From NCBI GenBank assembly GCA_038849525.1, contig JAWCMS010000002.1:28322-92321 (forward strand): DNA of 64,000 nt, read 5' to 3'. The notes below the pieces were generated by a model that was given only the letters and a program-made list of their open reading frames with translations, made no database searches and was not told the DNA's origin. This document shows positions 8,905 through 19,198 of this stretch, one piece after another. A program made the translations under genes and the position numbers. Position 1 is the first letter of the stretch, and the number at the start of each line of letters is the position of its first letter. This DNA is from Candidatus Pacearchaeota archaeon (GTDB lineage: Archaea > Nanobdellota > Nanobdellia > Pacearchaeales > JAHJTO01).

Positions 8905-10302
8905 TTATTTAATTACCGTAGATCCTATAGGTGACTGCTCTGGAACAATTATAGAAAGAGAATTTGATTTTGCTTCATGTAAATTCCCTTTAGTATCTTT
9001 GTAAGTAACAAAAGTTAATGGAATAGACAATGTACCTATTATTGTAAGTTTGCTGTATACTATATAAGAGAGCATTATCTCTTCATTTTGCCCTAATCTA
9101 TCGATATGCCATATTAATGTTTTCTTTCTTATTTCTGTAGGAGAAAGGGTACCAAACTTTTCAGGTACAAGTTCAGTAAAAGCAGGTAGCCTATCAATAA
9201 TTTTTAAATCAGTCACTTCTTTTCCTTTGTTTTTTATCGCAAGAACTATTTTTGTAGCGAATACCCCTGATTTTGTTTTAACATTGACTGCTTTTTTGTT
9301 TATTTTTACTTGTGGGGTCATTATATAAATAAAAATCCATGTTGCGATAATAAGTAAAATTAATATTAAAAAGGGTAGGTAATAAGATGTTCTTGCTTCA
9401 ACAGTAAGCTTTTCTCCTGGATTCAGCTCTTTTGTAAATTCATAAATTACACTGTTTCCTTCTCTTTTAATGTTTGTTGGTTTGATATTAAAGTTTGTAA
9501 ACATTCCAGCAATAATTGATTTTTTTAAAGAAATTGTAATATCTGTTACACTATTGCCAGTGTTTTCTTTTGTTACAGTTGTTTTATAGTTTAAAAAATA
9601 ACCAGATTCTTCTGTTGTTTCTTCTACTGAAATTATCGATTTTAGCGTTATATCTTTAATTATTTTAAAATCATAATCGTCTATAGTAAATGTCGCTTTT
9701 ATTTCATATGTTCCTGCTTTTGGTAACGTACTTTTAAGCGGAACATTTAAAACAATTCCATTTTTAGTTAGTGTTACTTGTTTTGTATAGCTTAAAAGCT
9801 CAGAAACAAGAGTAAGCTCTGCATCAAGAATTGTATCTTTAGTCAAATTTATAGTTACATTAATTTCTTTTTCGTCACTTGAAATTGTTGTAGGCATTTC
9901 TAACTCAATTAAATCAGATAGAGAAATAAAATCAAGCATCATAGTACTTTTTTTAATTTCTTTTTCACCTTTTATATAATATAAAAATGAAAAACTACCA
10001 CTCTGATTAGCTCTTATCTCTTGGCTTGGATAAATTTCTCTTCTAACAGTTTTTTCACTGTTTCCTGCTACAAACACTGCATCTTTTGGAGTTATATTTA
10101 TATCAAGTAATGTGTCTATCAAGAAAATATCTGAATTTCGATTATTGTTTATAATAGTAATATCAAAAGTTGCTGGTAATGAAAGCTCTTTTATTATTAT
10201 ATTGTTTATAGCAGTTTCTTTAAGCTCTACATCTGCATTTGCAAAAGGGAATATCAGAAGAAATATTGCTACGATAATAATTATTAAACCTTCTTTTTTC
10301 AT
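8905..10302 (-). CDS. Surface/membrane protein: signal peptide, Ser/Thr/Ile-rich beta-rich ectodomain, TM helix, cytoplasmic tail
   Basis: N-terminal hydrophobic signal; TM at ...YLPFLILILLIIATWIFIYIM...; repetitive beta-strand-like composition. No catalytic motif recognised. Confidence 0.35.
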   Translation of the reverse strand: MKKEGLIIIIVAIFLLIFPFANADVELKETAINNIIIKELSLPATFDITIINNNRNSDIFLIDTLLDINITPKDAVFVAGNSEKTVRREIYPSQEIRANQSGSFSFLYYIKGEKEIKKSTMMLDFISLSDLIELEMPTTISSDEKEINVTINLTKDTILDAELTLVSELLSYTKQVTLTKNGIVLNVPLKSTLPKAGTYEIKATFTIDDYDFKIIKDITLKSIISVEETTEESGYFLNYKTTVTKENTGNSVTDITISLKKSIIAGMFTNFNIKPTNIKREGNSVIYEFTKELNPGEKLTVEARTSYYLPFLILILLIIATWIFIYIMTPQVKINKKAVNVKTKSGVFATKIVLAIKNKGKEVTDLKIIDRLPAFTELVPEKFGTLSPTEIRKKTLIWHIDRLGQNEEIMLSYIVYSKLTIIGTLSIPLTFVTYKDTKGNLHEAKSNSLSIIVPEQSPIGSTVIK

Positions 10303-10342
10303 TTTGCTAAAATGTAAATAATATTTAAAAATGTTTTGATAA

Positions 10343-10843
10343 TTATTTCTTGGCTTCTAAAACAAGAAATGCCTTTAGCTGTTCTGTCATTTCGTTCATT
10401 TCTTCAACTAATTTGTCTTCATAATCTGAGATTCTTCCTCTTATTATATAATTATCATATAACCCTCTTAAGAATTTCAGGAATGCAGTTGCTTCCCATC
10501 TATTTTCATAGTCTTTTTCAAGATATGCTGAAAATTTTATTTCCAAAGAACCTTTATTTGTCTTAACTTTTATACCTTCTTTTATAACTTCAACATCATT
10601 CATACCTAGGATTAACCAATGCATTTTTATTATAAATCTAAAATAATCACTTATCTTTCTCTTGGCAACCCATTCTATTTCTATTTCTTTACCTTTAGTA
10701 GAATTTTTTTCAGAATAAACTCGTTCTTCTACTTCATACTCTAAATCAGTCGCTAGAGTAAAAAGAAACCTATATGTATCTTTAAAATCGAAAATACCAT
10801 CGTGCTTGATTTTAGATTCTGCTATTTTATCTTTTTCAGCCAT
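10343..10843 (-). CDS. Hypothetical protein
   Basis: Long ORF with coding-like composition; no recognisable motif. Confidence 0.3.
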   Translation of the reverse strand: MAEKDKIAESKIKHDGIFDFKDTYRFLFTLATDLEYEVEERVYSEKNSTKGKEIEIEWVAKRKISDYFRFIIKMHWLILGMNDVEVIKEGIKVKTNKGSLEIKFSAYLEKDYENRWEATAFLKFLRGLYDNYIIRGRISDYEDKLVEEMNEMTEQLKAFLVLEAKK

Positions 10844-10942
10844 TTGTGCTCTTTTTTATTTTAATATTTATATTTATTTAAGAAATAGTGTTTAAATATT
10901 TTTGGAAAATGGTTTATTTTTTAATTTAGACTGATACTAAAA

Positions 10943-11509
10943 TCAAAAAAACCGATCTTCACATTCTTCGCATATAAGTCTTCTATCTATATCATAGAGC
11001 AATCCATATGTGCCACATTCTTCGCATTCTCCTTCTTTTGTCCAAGACCTTCCTTCTTTTCCTTCCGATATCCTTTTTAATTTTTCTGTTTCTTCTTTTA
11101 TTTGCATATTTCCCACAGCGATTTCAAATAAACTAGGCTCTATTCTTAAAATATCTTTGATTGTAAGAATACCTATAACATTTCCTTTGACAGTAACAGG
11201 GAGCCAGCGTAATTTTTTATTTCTCATTCTCACAAGAGCTTCATAAATATCACGGGAGGGTTTTATAGTTGTTATTTTTCTAAGCATTATATCTTTTACT
11301 TTGACATTATGTAAATCTTGTTTTTTTGTTAGTGCCCAAATAATATCTTTTTCAGTTATGATACCTTTTAATTTTCTATTATCTTTTACTATCAATAGGC
11401 CTATATCTTTCTTAACCATGCATTTTGCACATTCTGTTATCGTAGCTGTAGGCTTGACACTTATAACATTTCTTGTCATTATATCTCCAACTTTAATCCC
11501 AATTTGCAT
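10943..11509 (-). CDS. CBS-pair domain protein with C-terminal CxxC...CxxC zinc ribbon (paralog A)
   Basis: Two CBS motifs (VGDIMTRNVISV..., VKDIMLRKITTI...). C-terminal ECEECG...CEECED. About 60% identical to the ORF at 14773-15363. Confidence 0.7.
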   Translation of the reverse strand: MQIGIKVGDIMTRNVISVKPTATITECAKCMVKKDIGLLIVKDNRKLKGIITEKDIIWALTKKQDLHNVKVKDIMLRKITTIKPSRDIYEALVRMRNKKLRWLPVTVKGNVIGILTIKDILRIEPSLFEIAVGNMQIKEETEKLKRISEGKEGRSWTKEGECEECGTYGLLYDIDRRLICEECEDRFF

Positions 11510-11665
11510 TTTTTCTCCTATAATGTGCTAAATAGAAAATTATATAAATAACTATCTTATATAAAGCATATAAAGTATATGCCTGCTAGGCTAAGGAAGT
11601 GTTTAGGTATATATTTTATTGAAGTATTATATTTAACACTGTAAGATAGTAAAAAGATTAATAAA

Positions 11666-12622
11666 ATGGTTAAAAGTGAACCGAGAAAATTGATAAAATT
11701 TGGAAATTCCTCTTATATAGTTAGCCTTCCAAAGAAATGGATAGAGAAAAACAACTTGAAAAAAGGAGATATTATCTACCTCGAAGACAACAACGATAGT
11801 CTTACTCTTAATCTTAAAGACAAAAGAAAGCCTGACAGCAAGAAAATTGTAATCTCTATGAACAATAAAGATTCTGATGAATTAAAAAGAGAGTTTACAT
11901 CAGCATATATAAATAACTATTCTGAAATTATTATTGAAGGAAAAAATGAAAGAAAGAGAGATGAGTTAATAAACAAAATTGTGCAGGAGAAAATAGGCGT
12001 AGAGATCGTAGAGCAAAATGCCGAGCAAATAGTGATAAAAGATATTCTTGACCTTGAAGCCATTTCTTTTGAGAAAATCACAAGAAGGCTTGACAATGTT
12101 GTCAGGTCAATGTTTGATGAATTAATAACTGCATTGAAAAGTGGAAATTTGAAGGAGTGGAATATAAAAGAAATCCAGCGTGCAGATTATGAAGTAAACA
12201 AACTGTATTTTCTTGTGTGGAAACTTGTAAGAAAATGTCAAGATGAGCGCACAGCACTGAGCAGCATGAAACTCAGTTCAAAGGACCTTTCAGATATACA
12301 ATGGATATCTTTACACCTTGAATACATAGGTGATGATTTGAAGAGGCTTGCGAGAAACCTCGCTGTTCTAAAGATAGATGCTGAAACTATTAAGAAAATA
12401 CTTTTGATGATACAGACTCTTGAAAAGAAATATATTACTGTAATGAATGCCTATTACTCTCTTGACAAACTGTCAGCAAGAAAAATAGCTTCATCAAAAT
12501 ATGAATTTCAAAAAAATTGTGATGCTCTTTACTTAAACCATCCTTCAGTAAGCATATCAATCGAAAAACTCAAAGGAATATCAAGCTCAATACACAACAT
12601 TTCAAAAATAATAGCATACTAA
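11666..12622 (+). CDS. AbrB/SpoVT-like swapped-hairpin domain fused to a PhoU-like helical domain (archaeal phosphate-uptake-regulator-like)
   Basis: N-terminus KLIKFGNSSYIVSLPKKWIEKNNLKKGD matches the AbrB/MazE looped-hinge helix fold. The C-terminal helical repeats resemble PhoU. A paralog lies at 56168-57106. Confidence 0.55.
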   Translation: MVKSEPRKLIKFGNSSYIVSLPKKWIEKNNLKKGDIIYLEDNNDSLTLNLKDKRKPDSKKIVISMNNKDSDELKREFTSAYINNYSEIIIEGKNERKRDELINKIVQEKIGVEIVEQNAEQIVIKDILDLEAISFEKITRRLDNVVRSMFDELITALKSGNLKEWNIKEIQRADYEVNKLYFLVWKLVRKCQDERTALSSMKLSSKDLSDIQWISLHLEYIGDDLKRLARNLAVLKIDAETIKKILLMIQTLEKKYITVMNAYYSLDKLSARKIASSKYEFQKNCDALYLNHPSVSISIEKLKGISSSIHNISKIIAY

Positions 12623-12623
12623 A

Positions 12624-13613
12624 ATGAAACCAACAAAAATACTTGTAAATGGAGTAGAAGAAGAAATAAACAAATTTTTAGAGATTGACAATGGGAATCA
12701 TCTTGAAAAAATAACAGAATACTGGAATCAGGGTTCAAGATCTGTAACTGAAATGTATAGACATCCAAAAAAAGATGAAGTTTATATGATAAAGCAGTAT
12801 GTTTCTACAAAATATGATGAATTTATTACAGAAAAAGCCATCCTCAAAGTTGCAAATAAGTATATCGAAGGACTTTTCCCGAAAATATTTGCATATGAGA
12901 GCAGTGTTCTTCATGAAAACAGAATACTTCTTTGCGAAGGAATAAAGTCAGATACTTTAGAACAAAAAATAGAGAAATCTGATAAAATAACCTTTTCACA
13001 AATTGCGTTAGCAATAAAACCTATAACTATTCTTCACACACAACTCAGCCAATATGCAAAAGAAATAGAAGATGAAATGAGAGTCCTTTCGAAAGGCAAG
13101 TTGTACAGAATATATGAGTTAAGCAAATATAATTGTCTAAAAAATATAGTGACACAGTTCAAAAATGCTGATAAATGGACATATAAACTGATAAGTTCCC
13201 TTCTTGAAGAATATGTATTTAGAGATGAATACAATGTCCTTGCACCACATGATGGATTTCCAAGGCAAAATCTTATAACGAGGCTTGTTGACGCAGGAAA
13301 TATCTATTGGACTTCATGTCTTATACATCTTGGCTGTACTATAGGACTCCCAATAGTGCAGAATAAATTTGAAAATCCTCACGAAGAAATGAAAAGTTGT
13401 GTTAATTTTTATCTTCAAAATACAAGGATTAAGGCCGATACAAATCACTTCCTGACAGGATTATATCTTGCATCAGTCTATGCAAACATGAGGATGATTA
13501 ACTTTAACAGGAGGATTGGAGAAAAAACAGATGAGTACAAATCATGCGCTGTAAAGCATGCTAGATATGTGTCAATGCCATTGGCAGAAAAAATAGCCGG
13601 AGACCTGAAATGA
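12624..13613 (+). CDS. Divergent protein-kinase-like (PKL) fold protein
   Basis: VYMIKQY (candidate beta3 Lys), then PHDGFPRQNLI (HxDxxxxN catalytic-loop-like), then LVDAGN (DFG-like). Starts 2 nt after the upstream gene ends. Confidence 0.4.
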   Translation: MKPTKILVNGVEEEINKFLEIDNGNHLEKITEYWNQGSRSVTEMYRHPKKDEVYMIKQYVSTKYDEFITEKAILKVANKYIEGLFPKIFAYESSVLHENRILLCEGIKSDTLEQKIEKSDKITFSQIALAIKPITILHTQLSQYAKEIEDEMRVLSKGKLYRIYELSKYNCLKNIVTQFKNADKWTYKLISSLLEEYVFRDEYNVLAPHDGFPRQNLITRLVDAGNIYWTSCLIHLGCTIGLPIVQNKFENPHEEMKSCVNFYLQNTRIKADTNHFLTGLYLASVYANMRMINFNRRIGEKTDEYKSCAVKHARYVSMPLAEKIAGDLK

Positions 13614-14776
13614 CATCCATCCTAGAGAGATATACTACAAACAAAGAAATGCTTACCCAAGATTTACAGCGACTACTACAACTTTCAGTACTTCGGGAAA
13701 GAAAAGAAACTCTTGAGCTTAAAATAGAATCTATGGAGATGCAGAAAGGGCACAGAAATAAATTCTTGAGAATTCTGACTCACCAATATTTTCACAATAC
13801 ACAAAAAAGAGATTTTGTAGTATATTTTTTGAAGGAGCATTACAATGAGGAAAGTTTTGAAAATGAGAGAAAAATACTTGAATTCACAAACAATTTTTCG
13901 TTCAAATATGATGAGTGGACATTTATGACTCCTCCAAAAGGGACACCTACACAAGGAATGTCAAAAAGAATATTTCCAAAATTAATTAACACAGAGAGAT
14001 ACAATGATAGTAATGCAGACAGTTTCTACAACAATAAAATTCTTATCCTTCAAGGGATAGATCCCGAGAGAAATCTCAAAGAGATAGTGTCAGGAAAAAA
14101 AGACATCTATTGGCTGGATATAACCGGAGCATCTGATCCGATAGTTTTGCTGCAGGATTTTTTGTTTTATCAGAAAGGAATAACAAAAGAGGCTATCGGA
14201 GAATTTAATTTGAAGAATTTCAAGGAAAAATTCTCTTCAAGGATGGAATATGCACAGTTTGAGAAAGTTATATACTCTGATGATGGTCTTTCAATAAACT
14301 TGGTAGAGCTTTTGGACAAATATCTAAATAAAAATGATACTCTTATCCATAGGACTTATCCTGAACATAATCTTATTAATGGACTAGTTGATGCGAATAT
14401 TGAATTCGGACCGAGAGCAATTCCATTAGGAAGCTTGTATGGAGATTATCATGTTTTCAAAAGTATGTCTGAGCCTGAAAAAAGTGTTTCAAACCTTATA
14501 GACAATATCATAGAAAAACGAAAGAATATGGTTGAAGAAGCTATCTTAAAGGGAATGATTCCTGCTGATGCAAGAAATATCCAGATTGATAAAAATTATC
14601 TTGAAATGGGATTTTATCTAAGAAGTATATACCATAATCTTGGTTATTTCTTGAACCAAAATATTGATAATACTATCCTGCTTAGAGAGTGCATAAACTA
14701 CCAAATAGACATTCTTGCCTGCAAAGAGTTTGAGAACATACGAAGAACAGCTAATAAAGCAAAAAATAACTTCTAA
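13610..14776 (+). CDS. Paralog of the upstream PKL protein, probably catalytically degenerate
   Basis: TYPEHNLINGLVDANI aligns to PHDGFPRQNLITRLVDAGNI of the neighbour, but the catalytic Asp is replaced by Asn. It overlaps the upstream gene by 4 nt. Confidence 0.35.
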   Translation: MTSILERYTTNKEMLTQDLQRLLQLSVLRERKETLELKIESMEMQKGHRNKFLRILTHQYFHNTQKRDFVVYFLKEHYNEESFENERKILEFTNNFSFKYDEWTFMTPPKGTPTQGMSKRIFPKLINTERYNDSNADSFYNNKILILQGIDPERNLKEIVSGKKDIYWLDITGASDPIVLLQDFLFYQKGITKEAIGEFNLKNFKEKFSSRMEYAQFEKVIYSDDGLSINLVELLDKYLNKNDTLIHRTYPEHNLINGLVDANIEFGPRAIPLGSLYGDYHVFKSMSEPEKSVSNLIDNIIEKRKNMVEEAILKGMIPADARNIQIDKNYLEMGFYLRSIYHNLGYFLNQNIDNTILLRECINYQIDILACKEFENIRRTANKAKNNF

Positions 14777-15363
14777 TCTCTTTCTTCTTCATCCTTGCAC
14801 TCTTCGCATAAAAGACGGCCATCAACATTATACAATAACCCAAATGCCCCGCATTCCTCGCATTCTCCTTCTTTAGCCCATATATCTCCTCTAGCAAGAG
14901 ATTCTCTTCTTTTTCTTAATTTTATCGCTTTATATTTTTCTTCTTCCTCTTTTATGGGAGTAAATTCTCTGACAATCTCAAACAAACTGGGCTCTATTTT
15001 TAGAATATCCTTTACAGTCAGCATGCCAATTACTCTAGATTTTACTATAACTGGTAACCACCTTATTTTTTTACCCTTCATTTTTTTCAATGCTTCATAC
15101 ATATCTTCACTTGGTGAAATAGTGATAACATGTCTTGTCATAATATCCTTTGCTTTAATCTTCGATAAGTTTTTAGATTTTGCAATTGCTCTTATTATGT
15201 CTCCTTCTGTTAATATTCCTTCTAATTTTTGGTCTGTTTTTACTATAAGAGAACCAACCTTGTTTGAAATCATTATTTTAGAGCATTCAGATATAGATGT
15301 GTCAGGCGTAACAGAAATAAAATTTCTAGTCATTACATCGCCAACTTTTATGCCTATTTTCAT
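14773..15363 (-). CDS. CBS-pair domain protein with C-terminal zinc ribbon (paralog B)
   Basis: Same architecture as 10943-11509 and about 60% identical to it (MKIGIKVGDVMTRNFISV...EGECEECGAFGLLY...CEEC). Confidence 0.7.
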   Translation of the reverse strand: MKIGIKVGDVMTRNFISVTPDTSISECSKIMISNKVGSLIVKTDQKLEGILTEGDIIRAIAKSKNLSKIKAKDIMTRHVITISPSEDMYEALKKMKGKKIRWLPVIVKSRVIGMLTVKDILKIEPSLFEIVREFTPIKEEEEKYKAIKLRKRRESLARGDIWAKEGECEECGAFGLLYNVDGRLLCEECKDEEERD

Positions 15364-15457
15364 AGTTTTATGATAGAATTTGTATTTATAACTTTTTTGT
15401 TATCTTTAAAGCAAAGTGACATTAATTTATAAAGTTTAAAAAATATTATTTAAAATC

Positions 15458-16129
15458 ATGATAAAGGCAATCCTCTTTGATTTAGATAATACTTTAGTGG
15501 ACTTTATGGCGATGAAGAAGAAAAGCTGCGAAGCTGCTATTGATGCAATGATTGCTTCTGGATTAGAGATTAAGAGAGATGAAGCATTAAAGATCCTTTT
15601 CGAATTATATGACAAATATGGAATAGAATATCAGCAGATTTTTCAAAAATTTCTTGAGAAGACGAAAGGGAAAGTTGATTATAAGATTCTTGCAAATGGA
15701 GTTATTGCTTATAGAAAAATAAGAGAGTTTTATCTTTCTCCCTATCCAAGAGTAATTCCAACATTAATTGAATTAAAGAAAAAATACACTCTTGCAATCA
15801 TAACAGATGCTCCAAGGCTTCAGGCATGGTTGAGATTGGTTTCCATGAAGATTGATTCTTTTTTTGACATTGTAATAACAGCAGCCGATGTAAGGAAGAA
15901 AAAAATAACTGCTGCACCTTTCAAAGCTGCATTGAAAGAATTAAAGATAAAGCCCGAAGAAGCAATGATGGTTGGAGATTGGATTGATAGAGATATTAAG
16001 ACAGCAAAGTCTTTGGGAATAAAAACATGTTATGCGCGTTATGGAGATGAAAAGCCGGCTCCTCTAGGACAAAGCGGAGCTGATTATGAGATTGAAGATA
16101 TAAAAGATTTGATAAAAATAATCTTTTAG
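15458..16129 (+). CDS. HAD-superfamily hydrolase (phosphatase-like)
   Basis: Motif I ILFDLDNTLVDF; later ...ITDAP... and ...MVGDW.DRDI... (HAD motifs III and IV). Confidence 0.7.
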   Translation: MIKAILFDLDNTLVDFMAMKKKSCEAAIDAMIASGLEIKRDEALKILFELYDKYGIEYQQIFQKFLEKTKGKVDYKILANGVIAYRKIREFYLSPYPRVIPTLIELKKKYTLAIITDAPRLQAWLRLVSMKIDSFFDIVITAADVRKKKITAAPFKAALKELKIKPEEAMMVGDWIDRDIKTAKSLGIKTCYARYGDEKPAPLGQSGADYEIEDIKDLIKIIF

Positions 16130-16770
16130 AATAGCTCTCTGTAGCAATAACTGATGATGATTCTTAAGTCGAATGTGGGTGTGATGAGCAGTTTTCTTAG
16201 GTTTTATGCAATGAGCTAGCCATTTAATTCAGCTTCAAGATTACTAGTATATTTTGTGTAATTCCCCGACTTTATAACTTCAAAAACCTATGAAAAATCT
16301 TGCGGAAAGAGGAACTTAAAATCATTTTTAATTTCTTTTGCTTTTTATCTAAATCTTTGAAATTTATTCTGGCATATTTCGTTTATCTTATTTTCTTTTT
16401 TATATATTCATCTCTCCATCCCTCCTTTTTTAAAATAGGGTCTATGTACCTTTCTCTCGTTTCTTTTTCTGACAAGTCCATAATATTTTAAGATAAACTT
16501 AATTCATCATCGAGTTGCATCTTATTTCACCTTGCTTTTTCTTAGCACGTTTTAATAAGAGCTTTTGTATTTAAAGATTTTATCTTACTCTTATAAAATA
16601 TTTTATGGTTTAACAGAGTCGGGCTAGCCAAAAATAGCGAGATTAACATTCAACTAAAAATTAACAAAGGCAGAGCTTATTAAAACAAAGTCTCGATCAC
16701 CCGAATACGACAAAAAGGGAGGCGATTTTAAAATGACCCTTTAATACGACAGAGAGTAGAATAGAAAAAT

Positions 16771-16800
16771 TTAAAAAAACACCCTATAATATAATTTTAG
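16771..16800 (+). promoter_or_regulatory. Candidate archaeal BRE/TATA promoter upstream of the thermosome gene
   Basis: aaaaaacaccctataatataatttt lies 30-60 nt upstream of the thermosome start. A purine-rich stretch is followed by an AT-rich TATA-like element. Confidence 0.3.
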
Positions 16801-16830
16801 GTTAAAGGGAAAAATCTATTGGAAATTAAA

Positions 16831-18438
16831 ATGGTAGAAAAACAACCTATATATATACTCCCAGAAAATGTGCAAAGGATGCTTGGAAGAGACGCGCAAA
16901 GGAATAATATTTTAGCGGCAAGAATGGTTGCTGATACGGTCAAAACAACTTTAGGACCAAAAGGAATGGATAAAATGCTTGTTTCTTCTATTGGAGATAT
17001 TACTATTACAAATGATGGGGTTACTATCCTTGAAGAAATGGAAATAGAGCATCCTGCAGCAAAAATGTTAGTTGAAGTTGCAAGGACGCAAGAAGATGCT
17101 GTAGGGGACGGAACAACAACTGCAGTTATCTTAGCTGGAAAAATGCTTGAGAATGCTGAAAAATTATTAGATCAGAAAATTCATCCAACTGTAATTGCAA
17201 AAGGTTATAGAATTGCAGCAGAAAAATCAATAGAACTGCTTAACAAAATTGCAGTTACGATCTCTAGCAAAGATGATTCTCTTTTGAAAAATATCGCAAT
17301 GACTGCAATGACTGGGAAGTCAGCAGAAAATGCGAAAGAAAAACTTGCAGATATTATTTCAAAAGCAGTAAAACAAATAATTGAAAATGATAATATTGAC
17401 TTGAATAATATTAAACTTGAAAAACAAAAAGGTAACGGAATAGAAGATACAGAATTAATTACTGGAATTGTTATTGATAAAGAAAGAGTGAATTCAGAGA
17501 TGCCTAAAGAAATAAAAAATGCAAAAATTGCCTTGATTGATGCTGCACTTGAAATTAAGTCACCGGAAACAGAAACTAAAATTTCCATTTCTTCTCCAGA
17601 GCAACTTCAATCTTTCCTTGATCAAGAAGAAAGAATGTTAAAAGAAATGGTTGATAAAATAAAGAAAAGTAAGGCAAATGTAGTTTTTTGCCAAAAAGGG
17701 ATAGATGATGTTGCACAGTATTATCTTATGAAAGAAGGAATTTATGCATGTAGAAGAGTAAGCAAATCAGACATGGAAAAGATAGCTTTAGCAACTGGTG
17801 CAAAAATAATTTCAAAATTAGATGAATTAACTGAAAAAGATTTAGGCTACGCAAATCTAGTTGAAGAAATAAAAACAGGAGAAGAGGGAATGACTTATGT
17901 TAGAGGATGCAAGAATCCAAAAGCACTAACAATCTTGATAAAAGGCAGCACAGAACATGTGCTTGATGAAACAGAAAGAGCAATAAAAGATGGATTAGGA
18001 GATGTTGCTGCTGCTTTGAAAGAAAAAAAGATTGTAGCTGGTGGCGGTGCTATCGAAGTTGAATTGGCAAGAAGATTAAGAAAAGAAGTAATAGTTAAAG
18101 GAAGAGAACAACTTGCAATAGAACAATTTGCAGATGCTTTGGAAAGCATTCCAAAAATCTTAGCTGAAAATGCTGGGATGGATCCTATAGATGTTATAAC
18201 AGAATTAAAATCAAAACATAATTCAGGAGAAATAAATGCAGGTTTAGACTTGTTAACAGGAAAAATAGATAATACTCTAAAGAGAGGCATTATAGAACCA
18301 TTAAAAATTAAAACACAAGCAATTCAATCTGCTTCTGAAGTAGCGATTATGATTCTAAGAATAGATGACATAGTTGCTGCCGTAGGAAAATCTAGCGGTA
18401 GTTCATCACATATGCCATCCATGTCAGAAGAATATTAA
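16831..18438 (+). CDS. ths: Thermosome subunit (group II chaperonin, Cpn60/TCP-1 family)
   Basis: GPKGMDKML..., [12 protein letters not shown] and ...VAGGGA... signature motifs. The ORF track starts at a TTG at 16819; the ATG at 16831 (MVEKQP) is more likely. Confidence 0.9.
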   Translation: MVEKQPIYILPENVQRMLGRDAQRNNILAARMVADTVKTTLGPKGMDKMLVSSIGDITITNDGVTILEEMEIEHPAAKMLVEVARTQEDAVGDGTTTAVILAGKMLENAEKLLDQKIHPTVIAKGYRIAAEKSIELLNKIAVTISSKDDSLLKNIAMTAMTGKSAENAKEKLADIISKAVKQIIENDNIDLNNIKLEKQKGNGIEDTELITGIVIDKERVNSEMPKEIKNAKIALIDAALEIKSPETETKISISSPEQLQSFLDQEERMLKEMVDKIKKSKANVVFCQKGIDDVAQYYLMKEGIYACRRVSKSDMEKIALATGAKIISKLDELTEKDLGYANLVEEIKTGEEGMTYVRGCKNPKALTILIKGSTEHVLDETERAIKDGLGDVAAALKEKKIVAGGGAIEVELARRLRKEVIVKGREQLAIEQFADALESIPKILAENAGMDPIDVITELKSKHNSGEINAGLDLLTGKIDNTLKRGIIEPLKIKTQAIQSASEVAIMILRIDDIVAAVGKSSGSSSHMPSMSEEY

Positions 18439-18736
18439 AGATAAATGCATTGATTTCTTAAAATTCCAATGAAATAAAAAATCTTCTTGATTACATCAAA
18501 AGTCTCTTAGATCTGATAAGCGCAGCTTACACAAAAAGAGATGCAAGTTATCTTGAAAACGCCTTCAAGATAGAGAGAAAAATGAGGGAAGAAGGTTATA
18601 AGATGTGGACTGAAAAAAAAGGAAAGGAAAATATTGTCATATATAGGCTAATTTCTTCAGGTAGGCACATTTATCTTGCTTCAAGTCCTTTGATTGCTTT
18701 TCTTTTGGGTTGATCATTTTTTGTGAGTCTTTCTTT

Positions 18737-19198
18737 TCATTTCTGATATCTTTTAAAGAAATAGTTTATTTCAATTACTGCTTCATCAGGACTGCTTGAA
18801 GAATGAATAACATTTCTAGTTGCTCGATTTTCAGAATCTGCAATTCTCATCTTGTCTGTTCCAAAGTCTCCACGGATTGTGCCTTTCTCAGCCTTTTCAG
18901 GATCTGTATTTCCAGTAATTTTTCTCAGAACAGAAACTGCATTTTCTCCTTCTAAAATCATTGGCATAACTTCTCCTGAGGTTATATAGTCTATTAACGA
19001 TTGATATATTTGATCCCCTCTGTTTACTCGAACATGCTTATAAAATTTTGCAGCTAAATCAGGACTTACTTTTACAATGTTACTTTTAACAACTCTCAAT
19101 CCGGCCTCTTTTATTCTTTTTAATATTTCATCTTTATATTTCATGCCATCTGGCTTTATCATCGCAAATGTTCTTTCATAAACCATCGTTCTCTTCAC
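18737..19198 (-). CDS. ndk: Nucleoside diphosphate kinase
   Basis: ERTFAMIKPDG... and active-site region NVIHSS.SPDEA. About 150 aa. It overlaps the tgt start by 23 nt. Confidence 0.8.
   Translation of the reverse strand: MKRTMVYERTFAMIKPDGMKYKDEILKRIKEAGLRVVKSNIVKVSPDLAAKFYKHVRVNRGDQIYQSLIDYITSGEVMPMILEGENAVSVLRKITGNTDPEKAEKGTIRGDFGTDKMRIADSENRATRNVIHSSSSPDEAVIEINYFFKRYQK

Noticed and set aside
16150-16215. C/D-box sRNA (ATGATGA ... TGATGA boxes)
   Set aside because: C and C'-like boxes are present, but no CUGA D/D' boxes at the expected spacing and no terminal stem. It is kept only as a low-interest finding, not as a feature.
17205-18290. Antisense ORFs (127 aa, 131 aa) inside the thermosome gene, and similar antisense ORFs inside ppsA (26676-27326, 27669-29204), the DsbD-like gene (5402-5911) and others
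   Set aside because: They are low-complexity Ser/Ile/Phe-rich translations of the opposite strand of strongly supported genes. This is a typical AT-rich-genome artefact.
18540-18710. Possible gene remnant between thermosome and ndk (translation ...ISAAYTKRDASYLENAFKIERKMREEGYKMWTEKKGK...)
   Set aside because: A stop codon lies just upstream, there is no plausible full-length start, and the only ATG-initiated version is about 43 aa. It is probably a decayed fragment or chance ORF.
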